A DNA stretch of 64,000 nucleotides from Lama guanicoe (GCA_013239625.1 MU056905.1:24647758-24711757); one strand, 5' to 3'; positions 36,773 to 49,990 are shown, counted from the first letter of the stretch. The notes: a model not told the origin generated them from the letters alone. Program-made: numbers and translations.

Positions 36773-37300
36773 TGTGGTAGGCTGAAAAGCAGACCCTCAA
36801 AAGATCTCTACATCCTCATCGCTAGAGTCTGTGAATATTACTTTACAGGGCTCAAAATAAATAAATAAATAAAGGGTCTTTATGATTGTGATTAAGTTAA
36901 GCATCTTGAGATGGGGAGATCATCCTGGGTTATTCAGTTGGGCTCTAAATGCGATGACACGTATCCTTATATGAGGAAGGCAGTGGAAGATTTGCCACAC
37001 ACAGAGGAGAAGCTGATGTGCAGATGGAGTAGAAGGATTTCAAGATACTGGCCTTGAGGACTGGAGTGATGTGGCCACAAACCAAGGAATGCCAGCAACC
37101 ACCAGAAGCTTGAAGAGGCAAGGAATGAATTTTCCTGTAGAGTTTCTGGAGAGAGTATGGTCCCAATGACACCTTGATTCTGGCCCAGTGATGCTGATTT
37201 AGGCCTTTGGTCTTCAGAACTGTGAGAGAATAAATTTCTGTTTTTTTTGAGCCAACAAGAATGTGGTAATTTGTTATAGCAGCAGTAGGAAACTAATAGG
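36773..37300 (+). mobile_element. MaLR LTR (MLT1C/D-like)
   Basis: tgtggtaggctg ... ggaaactaatag; 'ccacaaaccaaggaatgccagcaaccaccagaagct'; TSD gtgag/gtaag. Confidence 0.9.
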
Positions 37301-37513
37301 GTAAGACACTCTCATGACACCCAAACATTAGGGCCTACTAGCCAGGCAAATGAACCTCCACGGTGTCTAAAAGTTCTATTTTTGCAAATGATCTTCTAGG
37401 CTAATTGGAAGAGCCCATCTGCCTATTTCAAATTCAGTATTCATAAACACAAAATATTTAATAAGAGGAAAATAAGTCTACTGATTTAAAGGCTATATAT
37501 ATAGACCAAAAGG

Positions 37514-38146
37514 CCTGCTCCTGGGCTTATATCCAGAAGGAACCCTACTTCAGGATNNNNNNNNNNNNNNNNNNNNNNNNNNNNNNNNNNNNNNNNNNNN
37601 NNNNNNNNNNNNNNNNNNNNNNNNNNNNNNNNNNNNNNNNNNNNNNNNNNNNNNNNNNNNNNNNNNNNNNNNNNNNNNNNNNNNNNNNNNNNNNNNNNNN
37701 NNNNNNNNNNCATTTGCAGCAACATGGATGTTCCTGGAGAATGTCATTCTAAGTGAAGTAAGCCAGAAAGAGAAAGAAAAATACCATATGAGATCGCTCA
37801 TATCTGGAATCTAAAAACAAACAAACAAACAAACAACCCAAAGCATAAATACAGAACAGAAATAGACTCATAGACATAGAATATAGACTTGTGGTTGCCA
37901 AGGGGGTGGCAGGTGGGAAGAGATAGACTGGGATTTCAAAACTGTAGAATAGATAGACAAGATTATACTGTATAGCACAGGGAAATATATACAAGATCTT
38001 ATGGTAGCTCACAGAGAAAGGAATGTGACAATGAATATATATATGTTCATGTATAATTGAAAAATTGTGCTCTACACTGGAATTTGACACAACATTGTAA
38101 AATGATTATAAATCAATTAAAAAATGTTAAAAAAAATTTTTAAAAA
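37514..38146 (+). mobile_element. Young 5'-truncated L1 with TSD (N-run 37557-37710 inside)
   Basis: TSD tatatagaccaaaagg at 37498-37513 and 38150-38165; A-rich tail; reverse complement of the copy at 29457-29887. Confidence 0.92.
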
Positions 38147-38918
38147 TGCTATATAGACCAAAAGGAAACTATAAACTTGGTTCCCATACTCATCCCTCTC
38201 TCTTATTTTTGGCCTAAAGGTACCAGTTCTGACAGCCTGGACGTTTTTTCAGGAAGGGTATAGATAGCATTGGCTGTGATACAAATAACTCTTCTTGGAT
38301 AAAGATCTGGCTGCTGCTACGTTCCTAGTTTTAGTTGCTTGCCATGATCTTATAGAAGTCATGAATTGTCTCCTTTAGTCTCAGAGTATCATGTGGTCCA
38401 GCAAGATGCACACCACAGCATTCCCACCCTGAAGTGAGGCTCTGACGTCTTCCCTGATCCCCAGGGAATAAAAGCAGCCCTGATTTTTCGAAGGTCCTTT
38501 TCATCAAGGATGTTAAATCAAAAATGCATAGAAGAGCCTTTTCATTGGTCAGTTTTCTCCTATGACGTCTTACTATCAGCCCTATCAGCTCCATTTCATT
38601 TAGGGAGACAAATTCAGAAAGAGACAATACATCAAAACATCTCTTAGGCTAGGCTGGTAAACTGGAATAATACATATCTTCCAAGCAAAAGAATCTGAAT
38701 CATTGGACTAAAAGTGTATCTGTATGACTACTTTAATGTGGAGAGGAAGAAAGTTGAATCTTTTCCTGGACAGCCCCTATAGCTGGGACAATGTCTCTTT
38801 TATATTTTATTCTTCAATTTGGAAATCATGAACAGAACTTTAAGAACTATTCTATGTATCTCTAAACATAATTATTACATAGGCAGCAAGACTTCACTAA
38901 TGTGGAACAATGATGTGT

Positions 38919-39025
38919 GGGGGAGGAGGGAAATAGCTCAGTGGTAGAGGGCATGCTTAGCATGCAGGAGGTCCTCTGTTCAATTCCCAGTACCTCCATT
39001 AAAACAAACAAACAAACAATGTCTA
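38919..39025 (+). mobile_element. tRNA-Ala-derived SINE, camelid Vic-1-like
   Basis: A box TAGCTCAGTGG (38934-38944), B box-like GTTCAATTCC, (AAAC)n tail, TSD gaacaatgatgtg (38905-38917) / gaataatgatgtg (39026-39038). Confidence 0.88.
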
Positions 39026-40469
39026 GAATAATGATGTGAAGGCGGAAGAGGACATGGACAGCTGAGAATCTGTTTGCAGGAAATTTTTAAAGAACACATT
39101 GGTGTCAACTAGAATACATACTAGACAGAAAGATATAAATGCATATTAATCAGTGGAATAAAGCAAGTTGAATGAATTTAAACATTCTTTTACACTGGAT
39201 CAAAACAATCAAAGTCATTTAATATGCAAGAATTTATTATACCTCTTCAGTGGTCTAATTTAACAAATTTGGAACCATGTTCATGAAGAAATCCTTTATT
39301 TCAAGAGCTTTTGGTTGGATTTTAGACTAGGTTCCCTCACCAGTGAAACCTCAAAAAGGTTTTCCAGGAATGTATCATTTTGACCTTCCATAATAGGTTA
39401 AATGGGCAGACACCATGTTTGAGGATTAAAATATATGTCCTCTCACTTAGAACTGAGCATTGTTTTCACATCCTGCTGCTTTATTCACTTCCTTCCAACT
39501 TCAACCCAATACAATTTTTTCTTCACTCTTCTCAATTCCATCAAAATTGTTCTTGGAAAGAGAAGCAGTGATGTAGTTGCTAAACCCACTGGACTATTTT
39601 TGTCCTTATTTTATTGACTTGGAAGAAGGGTATGATCTGTTCTCTGCAGTGAGCCTAGTAACACAGCTTGTCATCTGCCCGAAGAATTCTGCTGGACTGG
39701 AACAGTTATGGCCTGAGCCTCCATCACCCTGGTCATTGATCTAAGCCTGATCCAATTCCCTGTTCTCCTTCCAGGACCTCCTCTGGGTAGGCTTAGTGCT
39801 TTGGATCAGAGTACGACAGTAAGAGCAATCTAGGCTCTGATCCCAGGGTAACCCATCTAAGTTCTGATCCTGAGTGAACCTCCTGGGGCACCAGAAGTCC
39901 ACGGTTCCTTCAGGACAACTGCTAAAAACTTGAAATAGCTATATTATAGCTAGGGCATTTTTTCCCCCACATTTTAGGATCTTTTACAGTCTGTGGCATT
40001 TCAAATCATAGTTATCCTGGATTGACATTGACTTCTTCCCTGAAAAATTTGAGTTTCCTTCTGTCAGTCACTTGGGTTCACTGTCAACTGAAACCACTTT
40101 AAGCTTCTTTCCTTTCGGTAGAACCTGCTTGGTGGAACATGATTCCACTTACATGTTTGTTTCTTCATTATAATACCATTAGCAACAGCCCCCTCCACAC
40201 CCCAACTAGATCAACCAGGAGTGGAATTGATCTTTACTGAACTTTATTAAAATGTACAGTTTAGCCTTTATTGAGGTTGACCTTACTCCTACCTGGTCGT
40301 TGGGCTGGCGAGGATACACAGCAGTTCACGTTTCCACCATGCTCTTCCTCTGTTTGGTCTGTCCCTCCTTGTACACCAGCATACAGCCTAAATTTACTAA
40401 TTTAATTCCTTTTACTTCAGCTAACTAGATTTGAAACTTTTCTGGTCCTATACAAGAGCACATCTCACA

Positions 40470-41700
40470 ACACTTCCTACATCTTAGAAAGTCCTCTATT
40501 CTTTTCTTCTTTGACACAGTGTTCTCCTGGTCTTTCTCTTATGGCTTTGGCCACTCCTGACCCTTAAATGTTGGTGTTTCTCAGGATTCTTCCTTACGCC
40601 CCTTTCTGGTCTCACTCTGTATACCTCCTCTAGGACATCTTATCTATACTCTCATCTTATTGATTCGTTTCATTTTAATTGCTACTCTTATGACTCCCTA
40701 GTCCCTATCTCTTGTCAAATCCCTTGGCTGAACTCTAAACCCCATCTATCCATTTCCCCTCAGACATCATTCCCAGGTCCCCAGGACTCAAAAGCTCTAA
40801 AAAGAAGCTCAGCATCTTCCTCACAAATACATACCCTCCTGTATTTCTAATCGTGGTCAGTGGCACCATTGTTCAGCCCTTGGTCCAGCCCCCAATCCTG
40901 TTCAGCATCCTTACTGCACCACTTACTAGCTTTACAGGCTAGCTACTTATTTGTCTCTCTAAATCTCATTTCTCTCATTTATAAAACAGGAATAACAGTA
41001 CCTAATTCATAGATTTGTGAAGGCTGTACATACACATATGTAGCAGTCAGCATAGCGACTCATTCATAATGTGTTCAATTAATGTTTTTTTTTATTATAC
41101 TTCATTCTTTCCTTTTCAACAACCGCATATCCAGTTGATCATCAAATCTTCTTGTGCCTATCTACTAATCCATTTCTACTACGAGAGTCTTTCTAATGAA
41201 CCCGCTTCTTACATCTCCATTGCTAGGATTTTAGTTCAAGTCATTAGCATCCCTTAGGCAAATTATTGCAACTGGTTTCCTTGCCTCCCATCTTGCTAGC
41301 TGTCAATCCATTTTCTACCTGTCACCCGGAATAGTCTTCCTGAAACATATATGTGATTGTGTAACGCTTCTGCCTAGAAACCTGTAGAAGTTTCGTTGTC
41401 CTAAAGATGCCCAAATGCCTTTATAAGGTCTTGATGGTTTGGCATCTGCTAATCTCCTCTGCCTTATCATCCCATTCCCTGTCATTCTGAACAACAGTGA
41501 TAGGCGTGTGCCAGTCTCTTTGACTTCACGTGAACTTAGAACTTGCATTTCCTCTCGAAATCCCTTACCTCTTTCTCTTTTCCTGGTTAACTCTGGTTCA
41601 TCTTTCAAATCCTAGTTCCCAAATCTGGGTTACCTGTACCACCTTTTCACTTCTTTAGCCCTCACTCAGAACACATCACTTCACTCTATGATGAAATTGC
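40470..41700 (+). mobile_element. L2 LINE fragment, MIR inserted at about 40920-41095
   Basis: 'cccttaaatgttggtgtttctcagg', 'tattgcaactggtttccttgcctcc', 'ggttaactctggttcatctttcaaatc'. Confidence 0.8.
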
Positions 41701-41723
41701 CCATTTCCCGTCTTCTGATTACA

Positions 41724-41820
41724 AGGGGTTACAAGATTTAATAGATAAGAATACAGGATACCTAGTTAAACTTGAATTTCAGATAAACAATGAATAATTT
41801 TTAGTATATGTATGTCCCAA
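41724..41820. mobile_element. MER53 hAT MITE, half copy
   Basis: 'aatacaggatacctagttaaacttgaatttcagataaacaatgaataatttttagtatatgtatgtcccaa'. Confidence 0.85.
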
Positions 41821-43037
41821 ACAACTCTTTCTTCTCTTACTAGAATGTTCTTACTTGAGGGCAGGGGTCATTATTTTTCCCAACACCTAGCATTTTGGTT
41901 AACCCACTGTATACACTTTCTTCATTGTTGGTAAAATGAATAAGCTACTTAATAAAGTCCAAACATAAAATTATTATTTGTATATTATACGCTGACATGA
42001 TCCAGATCTGTCGTTTTGATGCTCTGTTAATCACGAAATGAGTTCTTCTGGTCTCGTCTATCTTTGATGTGTGTTTTAAAGAGAGCAAAGAGCTTAGGAA
42101 TTGGCCAGTCCCACCACAGTTTGCTTTTGCATGAATGATTTGAAATGCCCATGTTTGGAATCTTCTCTGTGTCAGAGTAAAGTTGAAATTTCAACCACAA
42201 TTTCTGTTGAAAAACGAAACAGAAGCAAAAACAGCTTCTACAACCCAACTGCCTTTTCCTTTTTGATCAGTTTGAAGGACTTTTGTTCTCTCTAATACAA
42301 GTGTTTTCTGTTTATGCGTAGCAAAAACATAATCTAATCTCCAAGGTTTATTTGCCAAAAGAATCACTAGATGTGGGAAGGAGCAAGGGTTTGAATTTTT
42401 ATTAATTTGAGATGCAAGTTCACCTGAGAATTAGTGTGCAGAACTCTCATAGGAACCTTTTCAAAATAAAAGCAGAACTAAGGGAAAGTTCATAGACATT
42501 TTCCAGCCTGTGAACTTACATGGTTTAGTTAGCTAGACACTCACATTGTGCAGACTGTGAATGGAGTAGAAGCAAACCCAGTTTCAAGGTAAATTGTTCA
42601 TGCTTTGAACAACTCAAAGTCTTCCTTCTATAGAGAACAACAGAAGCCCTCAGCTATTTTATAAAATTCGAGAATACCGTAGGGTTTGAGCTCTGCGCTC
42701 TCTCCTGTGATTAGCCAACTCCTCGTCCCTTCAGCTATGCTTATTCAGTGGTCTAATTTAACAAACTGCTGCACTGCTTTCAAAGAAGAAACAAAACACC
42801 TTTACTCTATTTTCCAATATGCTGTTCTGAAGGAGAGTAACCATAGGGATCATGCCCTAGAATGTTCTGCAAATGAGATGAAACAATACCTTCCGCACTC
42901 AGTAAACAAATCTTTTACTGCTTTTGGTTAACAGTAATACCGACATCTTATAGTCTTTTTGGTGGCTGTATGATTTACATAAGTCTGAGACCAAAAAAGC
43001 ATTCTACAGGAAAAGAAAGGCATACACCAACCATGTT

Positions 43038-43169
43038 NNNNNNNNNNNNNNNNNNNNNNNNNNNNNNNNNNNNNNNNNNNNNNNNNNNNNNNNNNNNNNN
43101 NNNNNNNNNNNNNNNNNNNNNNNNNNNNNNNNNNNNNNNNNNNNNNNNNNNNNNNNNNNNNNNNNNNNN
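43038..43169. other. N-run (132 nt)
   Basis: Seen directly. Confidence 1.
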
Positions 43170-43964
43170 TGGGTCTCTGGGCTCATCATGCTGACGTGTT
43201 CAGGATGAAACTCGGGGGCCTTGCATAGTGGAGTTCTGTGGTTTGATCAGCATTGGGTTATTGGGTTTCTGAGGCTGAGGATGGGCTGTGTCAGTGTACG
43301 CTCTTACAGATCAGGAAGAGAAAATTACACCTGGAGGCAAGTAGAGTCAAGAGTAATTTGCAGTAAGTGAGCAAAATGAAATCCTGCAGGAGATCAAGTT
43401 TGTTTTCGCCAGGAGGTGTCACTGTTGTCAACATACATTACCTGAGATGGAGGGAAGATAAGAGGTGGTGGGTTGTATCATTTGACAAAAACAGAAGACA
43501 ATTTTTTTGAAATTTCTCCCTCCTCATCTTCCTCCCTCCCTCTCTTCCTCTCTCCCTTCCTCCCATTCTTCCTTCCTTCAAAGCTACAGTTTATACTCTC
43601 TATCTTTATTACATATAACGGGCATGTTAAAATGCTGTTATTAACATCAGGAGGAACAATTCAGTGTTGAGGGAGGAATGGAGAGGGACTCTAGTAGTTT
43701 GGGGGTCACCAATTCAGGTACAGTGTATTTTTTTCCCTCTTAGTGATTTTTCCCTCTTTAATGGTTTTAAACTAATGAAAGTTTAATGCCATAAGTTTGT
43801 AAGGATAGGCCCCTTTGCATCTCTCTATTCCTGCACAACTCAATAAGATTGTGTAAAATTATCTGTAATAGGTATAATGGGTGGTCCTCTGAGTTCATAC
43901 TCTGTACTATTATTTAGGGTTTTAAAAGTGGCAATGGAAACTTCTGAGTTGTTTTTATTTTTGC

Positions 43965-44210
43965 TCAGCCTCTGAGGTCAGAAAGTTTGGGTTGAGACTC
44001 TGGCTTTATGTAATTCAGCCATGTCATCTTCTTTGACAAGTTATTTCCTGTGCCAAAACCTCAGTTTCCTCATGTGAAGTGAGGGTAATAGCACTACCTA
44101 TTCTCATAGGAGTACTGGGAGGATTAAGTGAGAATCAGTGAGATAATATATGCAAAGCACTTAACATAATGTATATTTAGAGTTCATTAGTGGTTACCTT
44201 TGTTATTACC
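43965..44210 (+). mobile_element. MIR SINE
   Basis: 'cctcagtttcctcatgtg...gggaggattaagtgaga...tgcaaagcacttaacata'. Confidence 0.85.
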
Positions 44211-44999
44211 TGTTAATACTGACACCTGGACAGTCAAGAGTTCAGAGCACAGTCATACTGTCCTTCAAGCTTCCCTAACTTGTCAGTTGTCCCTGTGGGA
44301 TTTGGAAAAGACCTTAGGCCCTTATTTTTCTTCACATCATCATGCGTGGCCCTGCTCTTCATTTGGTTGATAGTTTACAGAATGTGTTGATGAGGCTTTC
44401 TGAGACATTACTCTTTGTTGGAAGAGGGTGATTTGCTTTTTCTCTCTCCTCTTTGTGGGGAAAGAGAAAGTTCTTCCCTTCCTTCAAGCTCCGAATCAAC
44501 TTCTACCTTCTACCTGCAGCCTTCCTCATCTTTCTTTGGCTGAACTTAGTAGCACCAGAGTCTATATTCGGAAGCTTAATTACTATCATTATTGTTTTTT
44601 CTCTCTAGTAGAGTTAGGTGTGCAAACCCTACTTCCATAAATAGCTTTTCTGTTTCTTAACAGTCGTAAGGACATCTGTGTCTTTCCCTTATTCCCTGTA
44701 GTACCCAGATTGGTTCTGAAGATGCAGGAGGGATTGAATACATTTTTGTCACTGGTTGATTTATTGAGAGTTCAGAATGTCAGGGAAACATGTTGAACCA
44801 AACACAAGAAAGTAGTTTTGCAACTCTAAGTAAAATGAAAGAATTCAGTAGGGACTCAAGATTGAGGGTGGAAATGAGGACTTTGACTAAAGTCGGAAGG
44901 ACCAGGTCTGGCAGTTTAAATGTGGGAAGAAAAAAAAAGTGATTGACTAGAACCACTGCTGATGGATAAAGGCAGCCCTGTGTGGGCGAGACGATGGGT

Positions 45000-45170
45000 T
45001 TTATCGAGAGCAGTTGCTAGAGCCCTAGATTTGAGTTCTGACTCTCGCTGCTGGTTGTGTGCCTTTGAGAAAACCCTGTAACCGTTCTGGGTCCCTATTT
45101 CTTTGATTATAAAATGGGAAGCTTGGATGAGATGACATCTAATGCCCCAATTAGTTCTAAAATGTAATTT
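45000..45170 (+). mobile_element. MIR3/MIRc SINE
   Basis: 'gatttgagttctgactc...ataaaatgggaagcttggatgagatgacatctaatgcccc'. Confidence 0.7.
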
Positions 45171-45294
45171 TAGACAATTTAGGTTGGACAAATTCCTGGG
45201 ATTCCAGAAGTTCATTTTCTGTCCCCCAGAGTGTCAAAGAAATAGCATGGGATGAAGCACAGACCCTGCTCTGTCCTGGACTCACTGTGTGCCA

Positions 45295-45880
45295 CCCATT
45301 CGTTCATCCAACAGATGTTGATGGAGCCCTCCCGCGTGGCAGGCACAGGGCTGGTGCTGGCATTGGAATCATGGGTGAAACTGACATGTCCCTGCCCCTT
45401 GGGATTTACAACACAGTGGGAGAAAACAGACACAGAAATATAAAGCTGCAACTGTGATAAGTGCTAGGAAGGACATGTAGATGATGGATGAAAGGAATCT
45501 GACTTGGACTACAGTCTGGGCGGCTTCTGAGTGGAAATTGTCTAGAGGAAATACCAAGTGGAGGAAGAGAGAATGTGTGTTGATCCTTTGGTGTGAGGTA
45601 GAATGGGAAGTTTGGAAAGCAGGAGAGTTCAGTTGGAACTTAAGAGAACTAAAGAGGGTGATTTAGATAATGTGAGAGGGATGAGGTCAGATTGTGGGGG
45701 ACCTTGTCAAACATGGTAAGGACACTGTTCTTTATTTTAAGAACAATAAGAAGCCACGAGTAGGAGAGTGGGGTGATCGGCACGGCGTTAAATGGATTTG
45801 AGTGAGGCTGGAGTGGGCTCAAGTCAGATCAATTGGGAGGAATCCAAGTGAGTGAGATCCACAGCTTGGTCTAGGGAGGT
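45295..45880 (-). mobile_element. L2 fragment
   Basis: 'cattcgttcatccaacagatgttgatggagccc...ggcaggcacagggctggtgctggc'. Confidence 0.8.
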
Positions 45881-46679
45881 AATTCTGCAAACAAAGTGAT
45901 GTGGCCCCTCAGGATCTCAGTTTCTCCATTGCAAAAGAGGGGCTGGACTCAACACTAGGATGCTTTCTGGCAACTTCTGTGGTCTGATGGAATGAAGTAC
46001 TTTGGGGAAGAGTGTGTTGCTGTGGGACCCAGGACTGGCGTGTAGCCATGCACTCTCACATGCTGCCTTTTGGGTGGGGGCCTTTTCTGGAGGTGGGGGT
46101 TCTCTTAGAACTCCTCAGATGAGACACACTTTACACCAGAGCTTCAAACTTATCTGTAGAATTTCTGACAACCGTATTTAAAAATTTTACTTGAATTGAA
46201 TTATAACGTAGGATGAGAGATTATTTAATTTCCCTCTGACTTAAAACCCTCTTTTTTTTTTTTGTAAGTCCATGAACTAGACACAACAAAACAAACAGTT
46301 TCATCTACTAGTTTTAATTCTGGCTCCACTGGAAGAAATAATGAGAACACTTTGGAAACATTTTCCCTCAGGAAGCATAAATCCCATGAAAATCTCAAGA
46401 ATTTTATACCATGACTTAAGGCTTCCTAGTATAACAAGAAGAGGAACAATCTATTGTAAACTTTATAGCCTTTCCCCTGACTGTAAAAATATTATGCTCA
46501 CTGCAGAAAATTTCAGAAAATATGGACAACAATAAAAAGAAAATTAAGATTGCTCATAATGCCACTACCTAGAAATAAACACTATTTAACATTTTCATTT
46601 ATTTATGACCCCTTCTTTTCTACCAGTATGGGTCTGTGAGCATATTTAGACATCTAGGCATACACACCCTTCTGTTCCT

Positions 46680-46910
46680 GCAGGGTAGCATAATGTTTAG
46701 GCTGATGCACCCTCCAGTTAGGCTACCACAGTTCAAATTTGGATAAATCTAGGAATTTTCTACTTCCCTAAGCCATAGTTTTCTCTCCTGTAAAATGGAC
46801 ATAATGATCATGCCAACCTCCAGTACTCATGAGAACTAAAGGAGACAAAGTATGTAAAGTCTTTATTACTTGGTCCGGCACCAATACTTTCATTTGCATT
46901 AATAAATATA
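46680..46910 (+). mobile_element. MIR SINE
   Basis: 'agttttctctcctgtaaaatggacataatg...gtatgtaaagt'. Confidence 0.75.
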
Positions 46911-47234
46911 AATTATTTCTGTTATATCACTTTATTTTATAGTTTCTGTTATCTTAGCTTTCCTTCTTGGTTCCTTTGTTCTCAGTTACTTTCAGTTTCT
47001 CCTGTGATTTGGAAGGTGCACATTCTATTTTTATTTCTAGTGGTTATCTTTGAATTTTATTTTAAAACTTGGCTCAGTCTCTGGTTCTCTAATTATCAAA
47101 GTCAAGGATGAAGTGGTACTTTTTGACCTTCCCCAACCATGAAAGATGTGGGCTGTCTTAAGGTAGAAAGAACCACTGACTAGTTGGGGGCCCCTCAGGA
47201 CATCTGGTTCATTACATGGATGTGTTTCCTCACT

Positions 47235-47372
47235 TTTCATAAGAGGTAGACGTTTATCCCATTGAAAGATGAGGAAACTGAGGCTTAGAGGGGGTAAGTA
47301 ACTTGGCCAGGGTTGCACAGTTTTAAGGTATGGAGTGAGGGGTCCAATCCAATTCTTTTTGACTCCTTCTAA
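47235..47372 (-). mobile_element. MIR SINE
   Basis: 'agatgaggaaactgaggcttagagggggtaagtaacttggccagggttgcacag'. Confidence 0.85.
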
Positions 47373-47765
47373 CTGCCTCCCCTGGTGTCTGCTCCTCATT
47401 GCCCATAAAATAACACTAATATGCTTTGAACAGTCAATGAAACATTTCTTGATTCTTATTATGTGCTTGGATCAAAGCAAGTCCTATGATTTTATAAACC
47501 ATGATCTTTGCCCTTAAGTAGCCTTTTGGTGAAACAAGACCAAAACATATAAAGTAATTAGCAACATGAAATAAAAAATTAGGGTGAAAATATACTGAGC
47601 AAATTATCAGCTTATGAAAGTTCAACAAAAGGAGAGGAAAGCACAGGGGTACAATTTCCATTGAAGGTTTATCTCTATCCCATGATATAATTATAATCAA
47701 GACTTGGGGATTCTAAGTGCATTATTAGAATTAAATGGCAATGCAATAGCAAAATTTCTTCAGAG

Positions 47766-47921
47766 NNNNNNNNNNNNNNNNNNNNNNNNNNNNNNNNNNN
47801 NNNNNNNNNNNNNNNNNNNNNNNNNNNNNNNNNNNNNNNNNNNNNNNNNNNNNNNNNNNNNNNNNNNNNNNNNNNNNNNNNNNNNNNNNNNNNNNNNNNN
47901 NNNNNNNNNNNNNNNNNNNNN
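47766..47921. other. N-run (156 nt)
   Basis: Seen directly. Confidence 1.
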
Positions 47922-48597
47922 AATTAAAACATTTTTCCAATGCAGCAACAATGCTGTATTATTGAGGTTGGCAGACCCCTGATCCATCTCCTATGGTCCA
48001 TTACCCTGGCCCAGTGCCTTGGAGCTTATCAGGGCTGCAAGACATTCTTTGCTTCAGACTCTTCCTCTTTGATAAGGGTTATCACTTTGCTAGTTATAGA
48101 AAGCTCTGATGTGCCAACCTGGGGCTTGCACCAGAAATTCATGACAGGGTAAGGGGCATACTGATGGTTTTTTTTTTCAGAGCCTCAGTTATTTATTTTT
48201 TTCTCTTTACTGAAAAAATTGGGATACATCATTTCCATCAAGCCTTTCTGAACTTCCTAGCAGTAAAGACACGATGCTTCTGCTTATTCAGGGTCCTTTC
48301 TGGAACCATATTAAGCTCTTTAGGTTGCCCAGCTCAGAGAACAGGCAGGTTGACCCATCCTTCAGGGAGTTTATTTTAAGGAAATTGGAACAAGATCATT
48401 AAGTTATGCTCTGTGTAATTCTCTCATGAGCGAGAAAGTCTTTGCAACTCATAGCTTCTCCCTGCACATACCCCATTCTCTCTCAGTATTGACCACCTTT
48501 CTGAGTTCTCTCATAGTTTCTGCTTTCTCATAATGGCCTACACATGGCATGGACTTGCCTTGATCTTGGAGTTTACCTGGTCATACTAGCCATCACT

Positions 48598-48832
48598 CAC
48601 ATGGCACTAACTATATGTCGGCTATCATTCCAAGTACTTTCATATTCATATACTCCTTGAATCCTTACACTAATCCCGCAAGGCAGGTTCTACTATCATC
48701 TCCGTTTTACAGATGAAAACTCTAAGATGCAGAGAGGTAAAGTACCTTGCTCCAGATCACACAGGTAGGAACTGACAGAGCTGGTACACAAATCCAGACT
48801 ATCTGGCTCCAGTCTTTATTCCCTACTCTAAT
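48598..48832 (-). mobile_element. MIR SINE
   Basis: 'ccgttttacagatgaaaactctaagatgcagagaggtaaagtaccttgctccagatcacacag'. Confidence 0.85.
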
Positions 48833-48911
48833 CTGCTTCCTAACGGTGTTCTTTCAGTTTTAACTTCCATCTGGCACTGCCTCATTCTCTCAGTATTTCT
48901 AAATGTACATT

Positions 48912-49245
48912 CTGCTAGAGACTGGATATGTGTGTCCCCCTCCCAAATTCATATGCTGAAATTGTAACCCCAGGGTGATGGTGTTAGGAGATGGGGGCCT
49001 TTGGGAGGGGATTAAGTTACAAAGATGGAGTTCTCATGATAGAATTGATGCCCTTATTAAAGAAACCCTCCTGTGACCACATGAGGTGACAGTGAGAAGA
49101 CGGCTGTCNNNNNNNNNNNNNNNNNNNNNNNNNNNNNNNNNNNNNNNNNNNNNNNNNNNNNNNNNNNNNNNNNNNNNNNNNNNNNNNNNNNNNNNNNNNN
49201 NNNNNNNNNNNNNNNNNNNNNNNNNNNNNNNNNNNNNNNNNNNNN
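48912..49245 (+). mobile_element. MaLR LTR (MLT1A-like); 3' part under N-run 49109-49245
   Basis: 'tgtgtccccctcccaaattcatatgctgaaattgtaacccc...ggggcctttgggagggga...gcccttattaaaga'. Confidence 0.85.
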
Positions 49246-49809
49246 TTCCCAAGGGAAAGAATGAGATTGGCCCAATTCTTCATTCTGTGCCTAGTTGTAT
49301 CTTAAAATGCTAGTTCTGGTCCAGTCAGCTGTGCAGCTGAGTAGGGGTGATAGAATCTCGTGGTTTGAAATGTGGCCGCCTCGGGTTTCCTTGTCAAAGG
49401 CGTCATAGAGAGGGCATGGTTGCCTAGATTGGTAGTAGAGGAGAAGATCTTGTTTGACTTGTAGGTTTAAAATATTTATATGTATCCATATGGTTGTCTC
49501 TTATAGTCACTGTCTGTCCAGCCTTTGAAGTGTTCACTCACGTTATTGTTACCTGGTTGAGATGAGGGCATATTGCAGCATAGCCAGAAAGCACGGTGCC
49601 TGCTGGTTTGTTTAATGTGCTCCCTGTAGAGCCCAGCACAGCCCGCTGCGTTAGCACGTCAAGCACTTCCTGCTCATAGGTGATGTGTAGAGTACAGAAC
49701 GGGAATATGAGAGTGTCTCTGCAATAAGGAACTTCTAATCTCATTGAGGAGAAAAGTCTCATGCACTGAAACACAGAACAAAACACATTCCTCTTGATGA
49801 AAGACAATT

Positions 49810-49990
49810 TCACCAATATTTATCAAGTACCATGCTGAGTGCTGGGTGTTTTCACACTTGGTCTTCACAATAACCGGGATATGTGATTTACGCCCATTTT
49901 CAGATAAAGAAACCATGAGATGGAGATACATCTTCTCCAAGTCACAGCTGATGTACCACAGGCACAGTCCTTGACTGCAGGCTGGCCTCA
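49810..49990 (-). mobile_element. MIR SINE
   Basis: 'cccattttcagataaagaaacc...ccaagtcacagctg'. Confidence 0.7.

Noticed and set aside
37749-38090. Similar ORFs here, at 63561-63827 and at 29587-29799, suggesting a gene family
   Set aside because: All are antisense to the same L1 3'UTR; the similarity reflects repeat copies
38929-38998. tRNA-Ala-like sequence
   Set aside because: Tail and TSD show it is a SINE; the T-arm and anticodon region are degenerate
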